DNA of 64,000 nucleotides, taken from a virus. Every line of letters begins with the position of its first letter. The stretch's first letter is position 1. Positions 1 to 8,916 of this stretch are shown one piece after another. The stretch covers positions 3,220-67,219 of the IMG/VR virus record IMGVR_UViG_3300044699_000032; one strand, written 5' to 3'. The notes under the pieces were generated by a model, which was given only the letters and a program-made list of their open reading frames with translations, searched no databases and was not told the DNA's origin. The translations under genes and the position numbers were made by a program.

Positions 1-1406
1 GTCTCTCAAATCACGGTGGCGCTCGCGAAAGCCCGGACGCAACTTCTCATGTCTGGAGTGTCCGGCGCTTTCCATGGTGCGCTTCGCAATGTCGCTTGTG
101 CCCGTCATTCGTCCCGATATCGAAACCGCCGCAACGGACGGACGGCATTTTTTCTACAACGCAACATGGTTCGACACGTTGTCGGAGCGTGAACGCGTTG
201 GCGTTCTCGTTCATGAGATCAGGCACCTAATCGCGCTACACCATTGCCGCCGCAACGGCCGCGAGCTTGTCGGAATTCAATATCGCGGCGGACTACGCGA
301 TTAATCCCGGCATCGTCGCGGATGGTTTCAAGCTTCCTGCAAGTGTTCTGATCGATCCGCAGTATGCCGGTTTGAGTGCGGAAGAGATTTTCCGCTTGCG
401 GCAGGTGCAGCAGCAACAAGCGGCGTCATCGGAGGGCGACGCGTCCGATGATAGCGGCGAGCAATCGGACGAAAGCGGCGAGACCAGCGAGGATGAAACC
501 GAAGGCGATCAAAGCGACACCAGCGACAAGCAAGGCGAGACCGAAAGCGAGTCGTCCGATGTCGACGGCAACGGCGATACAGAGTCGGAGAAAGGCGACG
601 GCAAAGGCGACGGCGAACAAGGCGACGACTCCGAGGGCGAGGGCGAGGGCGACAACGCCAGCGACAACGCCGCGCCTATCTCTGATCCCGGTTCATGCGG
701 CGGGATTATGGACGCCGCGCCAACGCAAGACGCTGCAGCGATGGCGCAAGCGGAGTCAGATATCGATCAGAGAATCCGACAAGCAATTGCCGTTGCGCGC
801 AAGGCGAATGGTGGCGAATTGCCTGCGGACCTTGCGCGGCTTGTCGGAGAGTTGAAGGCACCTAAGCTAGACGCGCGCGACATGCTGCGGCGCTTTCATC
901 GATCGCAGCATTCAAAAGTCATACGCATGGACGCGACCGAACAAGCGCTATCTGAGTCACGGCTTGACACTGCCGTCCCTAATCTCAGATCGGCCCCGGT
1001 CACATCGTTGCGCTTGTCGACGTGTCCGGTTCACTTTGGTCGGATGCCGCACAAGCGGCTTTGACCAGTGAACTTGCAAGGCGCACTCGACAATGGTGCA
1101 GCGGACCAAATCACCATTGTCTATGCCGACGTCGACGTGACCGGATCAGCCGAATATTTTCCCGGCGATCGAATTGAAGTTCAGGCCGAAGGCGGCGGCG
1201 GTACCGATTTCGCCGCGCCGCTGCAATGGGTGGCTGACAATTGCGAGAACGTTGCAGCGATCCTTTACCTAACGGACATGCAAACATGCGACTACGGAGA
1301 TGAGCCGGACGCGCCGCTGCTGTGGCTTGTTTGCGGCGATCCGCGCGAAGCGAAATACTGGGTAGAGCGCGCGCCGTTCGGTGAGGTAATCTATATCGAT
1401 GAATGA
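1..1406 (+). CDS. DUF2201-type metallopeptidase (HExxH) plus VWA-like domain protein, 5'-truncated, split by probable read frameshifts
   Basis: Pieces 74..304 (TAATDGRHFFYN...VLVHEIRH), 267..1064 (FNIAADYAIN, acidic linker, DPGSCGGIMDA) and 1068..1406 (GGGGTDF, ILYLTD, APFGEVIYI) join into the usual DUF2201_N + VWA architecture. Frame 1 is open from base 1 (VALAKARTQLL). Confidence 0.8.
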
Positions 1407-1473
1407 TCGGAGTTTAAGCCCGCGCCACGCGCGCGGGCATATGCGGCGATCATGCCGACAACGGAAAGTCACA

Positions 1474-2253
1474 ATGGAGCATGTCCAGATAACAAAACCG
1501 GCGCGCCGATATGTCGCCAAGGCTTTGCCGCTCGACACAGGGGGCTACCTTGCGCATTTCGCGTTTCCCGGAGTGCCGCCGCGCTATGTGCTGCAAGAAC
1601 GGCCGTGCTGGTCATATTCGAATCGTCTCGCGACGCAGAGGAAGGCCGCGCGCGCTTGCCTATTCGACGCGCTCAACTCGCGTCCTTCTGATCGGTCGAA
1701 ACGGGAACGCTATCGACTCATGTCGGGCGCGGAACTGGCTGACATGGTGCGCGCGGTTGGGATCACGCCCACCTTTTTCTGCTACCTCTGGGGATGCAGC
1801 ACAGAACGGTTTTTTTCTTGGGTGGACGAAACGCCAGACAAATCGGGCCGCGTCCACGGTCCGCCGCATGGCGTTCGCCTGCTGCTAGAAACGTGGCTGC
1901 GCTACCCTGAAACCCTAGGACCTAGCCGAAGTCTTAACCGAGCAAAACACCAGCGAAAGGAATCCACGACGGGAAACCAGCAACGCCGCAGAATAGAACG
2001 GGCAGGCGGACCGGGAAACCGGCCGCGCGTGCGTTTCTACGGTTCGCCCCCGCCTAGTGAGGGCGGGACCGCGTCCGAAACGCGCCTACGGGCTCGCGAC
2101 GGGCAGCGCGCGCCTATGGTGCGAGCGTACCGCGATGGGACCATTGTGCGCCGCAGCATGAGGCGAGAATTGTGCGGTGCGGCACGGGGCGAAATACCCC
2201 CATCCGCGTTTATGAGCCCTACCCCGTGCCGCGTTTATGAGCCCTATTTTTGA
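1474..2253 (+). CDS. hypothetical protein with a possible HTH-like segment; 3' end uncertain
   Basis: ATG at 1474 in ORF 1399..2253. MSGAELADMVRAVGITPTFFCYLWGCSTERFFSWVD resembles an XRE-type HTH. The Arg-rich tail after about 1920 looks like frameshift read-through. Confidence 0.45.
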   Translation: MEHVQITKPARRYVAKALPLDTGGYLAHFAFPGVPPRYVLQERPCWSYSNRLATQRKAARACLFDALNSRPSDRSKRERYRLMSGAELADMVRAVGITPTFFCYLWGCSTERFFSWVDETPDKSGRVHGPPHGVRLLLETWLRYPETLGPSRSLNRAKHQRKESTTGNQQRRRIERAGGPGNRPRVRFYGSPPPSEGGTASETRLRARDGQRAPMVRAYRDGTIVRRSMRRELCGAARGEIPPSAFMSPTPCRVYEPYF

Positions 2254-2318
2254 TTTTTGACCCATCCGCGTTTATGAGCCCGATTTTCCAGCCGGACCCC
2301 TGCCGCGTTTATGAGCCC
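2204..2318. repeat. four perfect 16-bp direct repeats CCGCGTTTATGAGCCC
   Basis: Copies at 2204, 2229, 2266 and 2303 (start-to-start spacing 25, 37, 37), between convergent transcription units. The last copy overlaps the HNH stop codon. Confidence 0.95.
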
Positions 2319-2695
2319 GGTTTTGGATAACCGTCCGCGCCGATCGCCGGTTTGACTCGCCGGAAAATATTTCGTCGCGTGATCGCGATCGCTTCCGCGC
2401 TGTCGAGCCGAAGCTGGTCGACCTTGATCGCGCCCGCTTCCCACATCCGTTCGAGCGCCGCCTTCACCATCGAATGGTGCCAATGGCACGCTGGTTGCCA
2501 ATTACCCGGATCGCGGAATAGCGTCTGATCGCCGCGGTGCGGAATGATATGGTCAACTACATCCGCAGCAATTTCCAAGTTAACCGCCGCGCAACCGACG
2601 CATAACCGATGAGCGTGTAAGTAATTCGTGCGAGCACGCAGCCATTTCTCGTCGTAACCTCTTGGCTGTCTCAGCCGTGTCGGCCGACCACGCAT
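2309..2695 (-). CDS. phage HNH endonuclease (terminase-associated type)
   Basis: RGYDEKWLRARTNYL-HRLCVGC-VVDHIIPHRGDQTLFRDPGNWQPACHWHHS motif. GGAG RBS before the ATG at 2695. Confidence 0.9.
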   Translation of the reverse strand: MRGRPTRLRQPRGYDEKWLRARTNYLHAHRLCVGCAAVNLEIAADVVDHIIPHRGDQTLFRDPGNWQPACHWHHSMVKAALERMWEAGAIKVDQLRLDSAEAIAITRRNIFRRVKPAIGADGYPKPGS

Positions 2696-2744
2696 CCGCA
2701 CTCCCGCTCGCTGCAGGTTACGCAAAATGGGCACTTCTGAATTT

Positions 2745-3230
2745 TCAGACCGTGACCAGATCGCGCTCGAATAATTCCAACTCGACGTCAGACCCCAACA
2801 GGGAAAACAGTACCCGTGCTTTGAACTTGTCAGACAGGCCAAGATAAACGCCTGCCCATTCTTCCTTGCGCCTTAGCTTTACTTGCTGACCGGGACAGAA
2901 ACTACTGTCGACGCGCACATAGCCGGTCGGACCCTCGCGCGATCGTAATTCCGCGACCACTCGGGGATCGACCGAATAGATGAACCCGCTATGTCGAAGG
3001 AAATCTCGCACACCGATGAGATTGCGGATGAATTCCCACTGGTCGAGAACCCATGCGAAGAGGTAGCTCGGAAACAATTCCCTGGCGACCATGCCGCCGG
3101 CGCGGAGATTGACCAGATAGCGGGGGCAGTAGGTTTTCATGCCGCGCGCCTTGATTTGGGCCTCAACCGTCTTTTCGGAGCCGGTGCGACACGCAACTAG
3201 AACGATTACGGGTTCGATTGCTACCACCAC
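2745..3230 (-). CDS. nusG: NusG-family (NGN + KOW) antiterminator
   Basis: TYCPRY...ELFPSYLF NGN signature and C-terminal KOW-like FCPGQQVKL...ARVLFSLLG. Lies at the end of the early-middle arm, the usual late-antiterminator position. Confidence 0.8.
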   Translation of the reverse strand: MVVAIEPVIVLVACRTGSEKTVEAQIKARGMKTYCPRYLVNLRAGGMVARELFPSYLFAWVLDQWEFIRNLIGVRDFLRHSGFIYSVDPRVVAELRSREGPTGYVRVDSSFCPGQQVKLRRKEEWAGVYLGLSDKFKARVLFSLLGSDVELELFERDLVTV

Positions 3231-3314
3231 GAATTTTATTCCGCAATATTGTTCCGTCTATCCTTTGGGGCATCGGGATATTTTTCGTCAAGGGGTTGGG
3301 GCAGACTGTGAACC

Positions 3315-3354
3315 AAAAAAAGTGGGGTAGACTGCTCGGGAGGAGTCTACCCCA
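3315..3354 (-). terminator. intrinsic terminator upstream of the nusG-like gene
   Basis: 11-bp stem TGGGGTAGACT/AGTCTACCCCA (3323-3354) with an A7 run at 3315-3321, which reads as a U-tract on the - strand. Confidence 0.75.
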
Positions 3355-3436
3355 ACCGTCGGACGGTCCGAGCTATGCCACATGCGCGCATAGCTCGGGG
3401 GTAGGTCACCCTACCGGCCATGCCCTCAAATCGCTT

Positions 3437-3667
3437 CTAGACGGCTCCGGCGTCGGTTTCTTTGGTGTTTAAAATCCCGAGTGCCAACCCGCGAGCCGCA
3501 TCCCGAGCCCGTGTGATGTTGACCATGTCAGTCAGCGACCCGTCAGGTTTCTTAACGCGCCACATCCCAGGATATTTGGAATCCTCCACTATCTCGACGA
3601 TTGTGCGCCCTTTCAGGCGCAGTTCATTCCCTTTCCACAGCAGATCAATGTTGTTGTAGACACGCAC
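3437..3667 (-). CDS. small phage hypothetical protein
   Basis: Compact 76-aa ORF tightly packed in the operon (YPGMWRVKKPDGSLTDMVNITRARDAA). Confidence 0.7.
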   Translation of the reverse strand: MRVYNNIDLLWKGNELRLKGRTIVEIVEDSKYPGMWRVKKPDGSLTDMVNITRARDAARGLALGILNTKETDAGAV

Positions 3668-3668
3668 G

Positions 3669-4193
3669 TCACGCCCCCTTCGGTCCGGCGGTCACCACGG
3701 CCGGAAATGGATCGTCGCCGGGCTCGGGCTCGACGGCGATCGCTTCGGGCTGGTCGGCGGACCGCTCGATCTCGGCGGCCAGCGTCCCGAGATTCACCTG
3801 ACCACCACTCGTCTCCGTGTTGGCTGCGTCGAGGCACTTGAGAATTATCGCGCCGGCGGTGTGGAATTGTGAAACCAGATTGTTCAACTTGAACCTGTAA
3901 GCGTCCCGCTCGGTCATCAGTCGTTCCTGCTGCCGCTCGATCGCGTCCGTCAGATCGGTCGTGCGCTTTTCGAGCCGCTTGATCTCGGCTTCCGCCATCA
4001 GCGCGCGCCGCCGCCAGTCGTCCATTTCGCGGCCGAGCCGCTCGATCTCGTCGACTTGGTCCAGATGCCGCTGCGCAACCCGCAACGCCTCTTCGGCGTA
4101 GACCGCCTCGGTATTGTTCCGGCGCGGCGGCTCGGGCGGGCGCGGCGGCGCGGGCATCGGCGTGACTTTCGGCAGCGTGCGTTTGTCGTTCAT
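3669..4193 (-). CDS. coiled-coil hypothetical protein
   Basis: 174-aa ORF with a long heptad-rich centre and an AGGAAGG RBS. Confidence 0.7.
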   Translation of the reverse strand: MNDKRTLPKVTPMPAPPRPPEPPRRNNTEAVYAEEALRVAQRHLDQVDEIERLGREMDDWRRRALMAEAEIKRLEKRTTDLTDAIERQQERLMTERDAYRFKLNNLVSQFHTAGAIILKCLDAANTETSGGQVNLGTLAAEIERSADQPEAIAVEPEPGDDPFPAVVTAGPKGA

Positions 4194-4211
4194 GGTGCTT
4201 TCCTTCCTCGG

Positions 4212-4787
4212 TTAAAATTCGAATAACGATAGCTGTCGCAAGGCGATCGGCGTCGCGTTCGTTTTTTCTTTTGGGCCGTTTTCATTGCTCTTCCGCGCGC
4301 CCTCTTGCTCGTCGAGCCATTCAGCGAACAGTTTTTTCCCTTGGTTCGATTGCACGAACCGCAACCGAGCCGAAGATTTCGAGCGTGCAAGCGCGCCCAA
4401 TCCTTTTCGGTGCGTGGGGCTTCCAAGTGTTTCGATTTGAATGTCGCGCTCGTTCATGAACTTGTGGCCACAGCCTTGGCACAAGCCTTCCGGCGTCATC
4501 ATGGCGCGCAGAACAGGAACCAGCGCGCGATAGTTCATGGCCGTCCAAAAGAAGTCGAAGCCGGTCGAGGCTTTCGCCGCCGCTGATCGTGCGCGTTGTT
4601 CGATGATTGCCTTCGGTCGGTCGGCGTTCTTTTTTTCGTTGCGAGCTTTTTGCTCGCAGTCACGACAGACGGGGCTGAACCACACTTTCGTGGCAACAGT
4701 ACTGTTGCCACGCTTTTTGACGTGAAACCGCGAGTGATGTTTCCACTCATGGCATTGTTTACACTGCCGCTCGCATGGTCGCGCCAT
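4212..4787 (-). CDS. Zn-finger/HNH-like nuclease, frameshifted in this read
   Basis: N-terminal CxxC pairs. Joining 4212..4787 with 4190..4426 gives CQGC...IQIE..APRTEKDWARLHARNLRLGCGSCNRTKG, an HNH-type C-terminus. Confidence 0.65.
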   Translation of the reverse strand: MARPCERQCKQCHEWKHHSRFHVKKRGNSTVATKVWFSPVCRDCEQKARNEKKNADRPKAIIEQRARSAAAKASTGFDFFWTAMNYRALVPVLRAMMTPEGLCQGCGHKFMNERDIQIETLGSPTHRKGLGALARSKSSARLRFVQSNQGKKLFAEWLDEQEGARKSNENGPKEKTNATPIALRQLSLFEF

Positions 4788-4805
4788 TGAAGCCCCCCTT
4801 GTGTT

Positions 4806-5378
4806 TTAGCGTCGGTCCTTGGCGGCAAGCAGCATTGCTGCCTGTCGCTGCTCTTCGGTCATGGGCGGGACGTCGGGCTTGGCGCGCGGCGGGGAGCGAT
4901 ACTCGGTCCCGTCGTCTCGAAGTCGGCGCGCTCTTTCGGGGCCTGCGCCCTTGCTTCCCTTACCATTAGGAAGATTCTCTATAGGTAGCTGTAGTGTAGA
5001 TGGAGGCGTTTTGCTTGTGCTAACATGGATGCAAAGTTGCTGCATTTGCTCCGCGTTTGCTGTGCATTTGCTCGGCCGCGGCCTTGCGTTTGTTAGATAT
5101 TTCGGCCGCCCTGGCAAGCTCTATGAGGACGCGTTGACTGGTCCAATATTGAGTCACCTTCAAGGTGTCAAAAAATGGCTCCATTCGTGGCCGCACGCGA
5201 GGCCAATGCCGATTGCTAATCCGCGCCACCCGTTGCAGATCGGCCACAGCAACTTTCCCGTCATGCTCCCAAGCATGCGCGATCAGAAGCACAGTACGCG
5301 CCAACCTCCTGCGCGGTTAGGTGGTGGCAATTGGCCGAAGAAGTCGCCCAAGAACATTGGCATGAACTGATATTTCAT
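4806..5378 (-). CDS. DUF1376 (YdaU-like) replication initiator-type protein, frameshifted
   Basis: ATG at 5378 gives MKYQFMPMFLGDFF, followed by AQEVGAY and LLIAHAWEHDG...LQRVARIS...QRVLIEL...SNKRKAAA, the typical DUF1376 N-terminus. Confidence 0.75.
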
Positions 5379-5389
5379 GGACGCCCCAT

Positions 5390-5623
5390 TCAATGGAGTG
5401 AGCATGACCCAACGCCCCCGCCGCTCGTGCTAGGTTTCTTGAGGGCCATGTCGGCCTCGAAAGCTGCTCTCAGGAGGGTCCGCGCGAGCGCGCACGCCTC
5501 GCCGACAGTGAGCACCGTAACCAACGCCGAGTCGTCTTCAAACCCGAACGCAAAGTGAACGTGGCCGAATTCACAGGCGGTGATTAGGATTTCCCCAATC
5601 TGGTCGTTGTGGTCATCGGTCAT
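5390..5623 (-). CDS. hypothetical protein
   Basis: 77-aa ORF whose start overlaps the upstream stop (ATGA). Confidence 0.55.
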   Translation of the reverse strand: MTDDHNDQIGEILITACEFGHVHFAFGFEDDSALVTVLTVGEACALARTLLRAAFEADMALKKPSTSGGGVGSCSLH

Positions 5624-6164
5624 GGGCTCGCCTCGCTGGTGAATAGGGGGCCGGTTCGATAGGCAAGGTGCGGGCCGATCTTGGATTCAGCCCATGCGAA
5701 GATGCCCGCGGCGTCGGCGGCGTTGTCGTCCGGCGCGTCCCATTTGAGGCGGCGGCATTGTTCGAGCGCGGCAGCTTTGGCCTGCGCGCGCGGAAGTTTA
5801 CCGTTGCCCGCGCCAAGGAAATGCTTGCGCCAAGTCGACGGGGTGACGGGTAGGAGTTTGATCCCGCGCGCGGTCGTCGCCCCGGTGAAGATGCCATACA
5901 AGCCGACGAGAACGCGGGTCGCGTGTTGTGGTTGGTGCTGCCGGCGATGAACGGCGGCTCCTCGATCGCGACGAAGTCGACTGGCGTGCTGGTCGAAGAC
6001 CAAGTTGATGTACGCCGGCGGCGCGGCCGAAACGATCCTCGATCCGGTCGTCTGGTCGACCGAACCATCGTTGCGTCAGCAACTGTGGGCTCCTGCCCAA
6101 CATCCCGAGCGCGAAGCCAGGTCGCGAGCGCGGGATCGATCGCCAGGATGACCGGGCGGATCAT
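5620..6164 (-). CDS. RuvC-like Holliday junction resolvase, frameshifted
   Basis: ILAIDPALAT, VAIEEPP, VTPSTWRKHFLG and DDNAADAAGIFAWA motifs spread over ORFs 5613..6227 and 5620..6003. Confidence 0.8.
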
Positions 6165-6165
6165 C

Positions 6166-6356
6166 TCAAAGCAGCCGTTCCAATTCCGAGTCGGCGGTGT
6201 AATCCGCCACGATCGCCTTCCATGCAAGCGATCTCATGCGCGGCCTTAGCCATCGCTCATCCGACCTTCCGCAACCCAACGCGGATACACGCGCTTGCGC
6301 ATTTTTAGTTCGCGCTCGGCGCAGGCCAGCTTGTCGGCTGCGGTGATGCTGGTCAT
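6166..6356 (-). CDS. small phage protein (MTSITAADKLACAERELKMRKRVYPRWVAEGRMS...), frameshifted
   Basis: Translated by hand from the ATG at 6356. Continues HEIACMEAIVADY after a 1-nt shift. Confidence 0.6.
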
Positions 6357-6370
6357 CTCAAAACCTATGC

Positions 6371-6868
6371 TTAGCCCTTATCGATCGATTGATAAAATGC
6401 GGGTAGGCATTTCACATGCACGGTGACGCCGCCCTCGGGCGCTCCGACATAGGTCGCCTGTTGCGTGTAACCGCCCATCTGGCCGCACACCTTGCACAGT
6501 GCTGATGGGTTTCGCTTTGGCTCTGGCTCAGTAAACAAAACCGGGTTGGCGAACTCTTTGCATTTCCAGATCACTCGTTGCGCACGCGGGTTGTAGGAAT
6601 CCTTGACCGATCGAGTGCCGTCCTTCACCAACAAACCCATTTGCTCTAACTCTGAAACGCGAGTGCGCCACGTAGCGCCGTGAGAGCCGCAGATTTTCTC
6701 AATTTCCCACTCTGTAAGTCCGTGCGGATGGTCACGGTAAATCGCGTAAACTTTACTTTGCTTCTCGGTCAGAGTTTCTGCAATCCGACCAGCCGCTGCC
6801 TTTGATGTCCAAGGATCATCCTTGCGTGACCGCGTGTGAGCACCGAAAAGATCATCATCGTCGTTCAT
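6371..6868 (-). CDS. winged-helix DNA-binding protein
   Basis: ATG at 6868 overlaps the upstream stop. DPWTSKAAA...GLTEWEIEKICG...TWRTRVSELEQMGLLV is wHTH-like. Confidence 0.65.
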   Translation of the reverse strand: MNDDDDLFGAHTRSRKDDPWTSKAAAGRIAETLTEKQSKVYAIYRDHPHGLTEWEIEKICGSHGATWRTRVSELEQMGLLVKDGTRSVKDSYNPRAQRVIWKCKEFANPVLFTEPEPKRNPSALCKVCGQMGGYTQQATYVGAPEGGVTVHVKCLPAFYQSIDKG

Positions 6869-7464
6869 TCTGCTGCCTCCCGAAACTTGTCGACTTCGTT
6901 GCCCCAAGCATCCCATCCCGGTCGGCGCGCGCGCGCGAAAAGCTCGACGTAGGGTCCGGCTACAAGCCGCTCGATCCGGCCGTGCACGCTCGGCTTGCGG
7001 CTGTGCTCGCGGCGCGGCTCGATGATCGCTTGGCGCACATCGGCATTGAGGCGCTTCGGCTTGCCGCGCGTGGCCAGCAAGCACGGTTCGGTGTTGGCGC
7101 GGGTCCAATAACCGAGCCCCATGTACGGCTCGATATCATCCTGAAACATATGGACCTGTGTTGCGTCGGCCTTCGTCCAGCAGAACGCGCAGGTTTTATA
7201 GGTGAAGCCCCAGCCGCCGATGATCATCATCGTTTGCGCTATCGTTGGCCACGTCGACCACATGAACAGCACACAGTCTTTCGCGGCGAGATCGCGGACC
7301 GGCAAAGCCATGATGTCTTGCCAGCGCATTGTCGGGTAATGCTGCGATGCCGAACGGCCCTTGCCGACATCCGACCACGTTTGGAACGACGTCGCCGGAT
7401 CGGCAAGGATCGCGCCGTAGTGCCCCGCCGGCAGGCCGAACGGATCGACCAGCGGGGCCGTCAT
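6865..7464 (-). CDS. MT-A70 family N6-adenine methyltransferase
   Basis: YGAILADP, HYPTM, LPVRDLAAKDCVLFMW, WGFTYKT, GLGYWTRANTEPCLLATRGKP, EHSRKP, YVELFAR, GWDAWGNE. Confidence 0.92.
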   Translation of the reverse strand: MTAPLVDPFGLPAGHYGAILADPATSFQTWSDVGKGRSASQHYPTMRWQDIMALPVRDLAAKDCVLFMWSTWPTIAQTMMIIGGWGFTYKTCAFCWTKADATQVHMFQDDIEPYMGLGYWTRANTEPCLLATRGKPKRLNADVRQAIIEPRREHSRKPSVHGRIERLVAGPYVELFARARRPGWDAWGNEVDKFREAAE

Positions 7465-8051
7465 CAGTGCGCCGCCGCTTCGACGGTGCCCTTTGCGACG
7501 TCGCCGATCGGCCGGAAGCCGGTCGACGGGTCCGCCGCGCGCTCAAGGTTGACCTCCGATGCGTGGTCGAAGCCCGCATACCAACGATCGGAGTCTGCGA
7601 TGTTGAGATGTGCCGGTGCCTTCCGGGGCTGGCCGGCGAAGTTCGCTCGCTTGCCTTCCTCGAAATGCTCATCCCGGCGGATGTCCTGTTCGGCGAACAG
7701 ATCGGCCTGCGTTCCGAGCGCAACGCCCTTCCAACGGGCGATCCGGTAAAGCGCCTCCTGCTTGGCGGCGATTTCCGCCTCGCCTTCCGGCGTCGCAAAC
7801 TGCCGGGAGTATTGGAATTCGAACTTGTGGAAGCCGTCCGCCTTGGCGTTGGCATAGACCTTTTTCAACTCGGCCTTGACCAAAGCCTCGCGTGAAAGGA
7901 TGGGCGCAAGGTCGCGTTCGTGCTTGAAAAATAGCTTTTGCCGCTCGTCGTCGGTCAGTGACGTGAAGCCGGGTTTCCTGGCTTCCTTGGCCTTGGCCGT
8001 CCGTGTCTTGCGTTCGCTGTCTGCTTTCTTCGCCATGCGGTGTCCCTTCAT
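7464..8051 (-). CDS. GapR/DUF2312-like segment plus an RMF-like C-terminal segment
   Basis: ELKKVYANAKADGF resembles GapR (IKDVYAEAKGNGF). FEEGKRANFAGQPRKAP...RWYAGF resembles the ribosome modulation factor pattern. Confidence 0.5.
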   Translation of the reverse strand: MKGHRMAKKADSERKTRTAKAKEARKPGFTSLTDDERQKLFFKHERDLAPILSREALVKAELKKVYANAKADGFHKFEFQYSRQFATPEGEAEIAAKQEALYRIARWKGVALGTQADLFAEQDIRRDEHFEEGKRANFAGQPRKAPAHLNIADSDRWYAGFDHASEVNLERAADPSTGFRPIGDVAKGTVEAAAH

Positions 8052-8575
8052 CGCTGCCGGTAAGATGGCTGTGAGCGTGGTGCCGGGGAGCGCACATAGG
8101 CGATCCGCCGGTGCTCGCTACAGTAGCATCCCGTCGAGTCGGGGTCGCGCGGCCGTCCACAGTAAAGCGCACGGCTGACGTCGTCGTTGATGATCCAGCG
8201 GCAGGACCAATCACGTAACCCAATGATGGTCACGGGACCGGGCTCGGGTTCAGGTTCGGGTATCGGCTCGGGTATCGGCTCGGGCATTGCCATGGGTCGC
8301 GCCTTCCTCAACGGGGCGCGCGCCTCCCGCGCTACCCGCGCCGCAATTGCCCGCTGCGTCCCGCCGCCTGTGTCGGCGACGGTCCGCTTGAATTCCGCCC
8401 GCCGCAGCCGGTCGAGCTTGCCAAGGACGGCCGATCGCGAGCCGCAGCCCAACTCGTCGGCGATCTGCTGTCCCGTCATGCCGCTGGCGTGAAGCTCCTT
8501 TAGCCGCTCGATCGCGGCCTCATCCCATGTGAATTCCCAATCCGGGCGGCGGACAGGCGTCCCATCAAACGGCAT
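8048..8575 (-). CDS. gcrA: GcrA-family cell-cycle regulator homologue
   Basis: WDEAAIERLKELHASGMTGQQIADELGCGSRSAVLGKLDRL HTH and C-terminal LRDWSCRWII...YCG...YCSEHRRIAY. Confidence 0.9.
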   Translation of the reverse strand: MPFDGTPVRRPDWEFTWDEAAIERLKELHASGMTGQQIADELGCGSRSAVLGKLDRLRRAEFKRTVADTGGGTQRAIAARVAREARAPLRKARPMAMPEPIPEPIPEPEPEPGPVTIIGLRDWSCRWIINDDVSRALYCGRPRDPDSTGCYCSEHRRIAYVRSPAPRSQPSYRQR

Positions 8576-8588
8576 GATCCCCGCCTAT

Positions 8589-8807
8589 TCACGACTCGGC
8601 ACGCTCGGCATGCAGATAGGTCAGCGACTCATACGTTACGCCCGAAATTCGGCGCTCCCGTGCCGCCGCGATCAGCTTCGGCCAATACGGGACCGGGATC
8701 GATCGACGACGCTTCATCGCAGCGGCGTGCTCAGTCGTGACGCCGATCGCCCTCCCAATATTGGCGGGGCCATCGAAGGCGTCGAATAGCTCGGCGACTG
8801 TACCCAT
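8589..8807 (-). CDS. Cro-like HTH regulator (alphaproteobacterial phage type)
   Basis: TVAELFDAFDGPANIGRAIGV...AAAMKRRRSIPVPYWPKLIAAA. First gene of the leftward arm at the divergence point. Confidence 0.8.
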   Translation of the reverse strand: MGTVAELFDAFDGPANIGRAIGVTTEHAAAMKRRRSIPVPYWPKLIAAARERRISGVTYESLTYLHAERAES

Positions 8808-8916
8808 TGTGTCCTCTACAATACGTCAACAATCTCATTTGTACAGTTTTTTTTCGTGGGCCATCTTGACGGCGAACTATACATGGTGCATCGTGACTTT
8901 GCAATAGGAGGGATTA
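8808..8916. promoter_or_regulatory. divergent promoter region; candidate rightward sigma70-type promoter
   Basis: AT-rich intergenic gap between divergent arms. TTGACG at 8866-8871, a 17-nt spacer, CATCGT at 8889-8894, then an AGGAGG RBS. Confidence 0.45.

Noticed and set aside
8808-8916. Self-target of array 1 in the divergent promoter, or CtrA boxes
   Set aside because: A limited manual check found no gapped match for array 1 and no TTAA-N7-TTAA. A full computational search is still needed.
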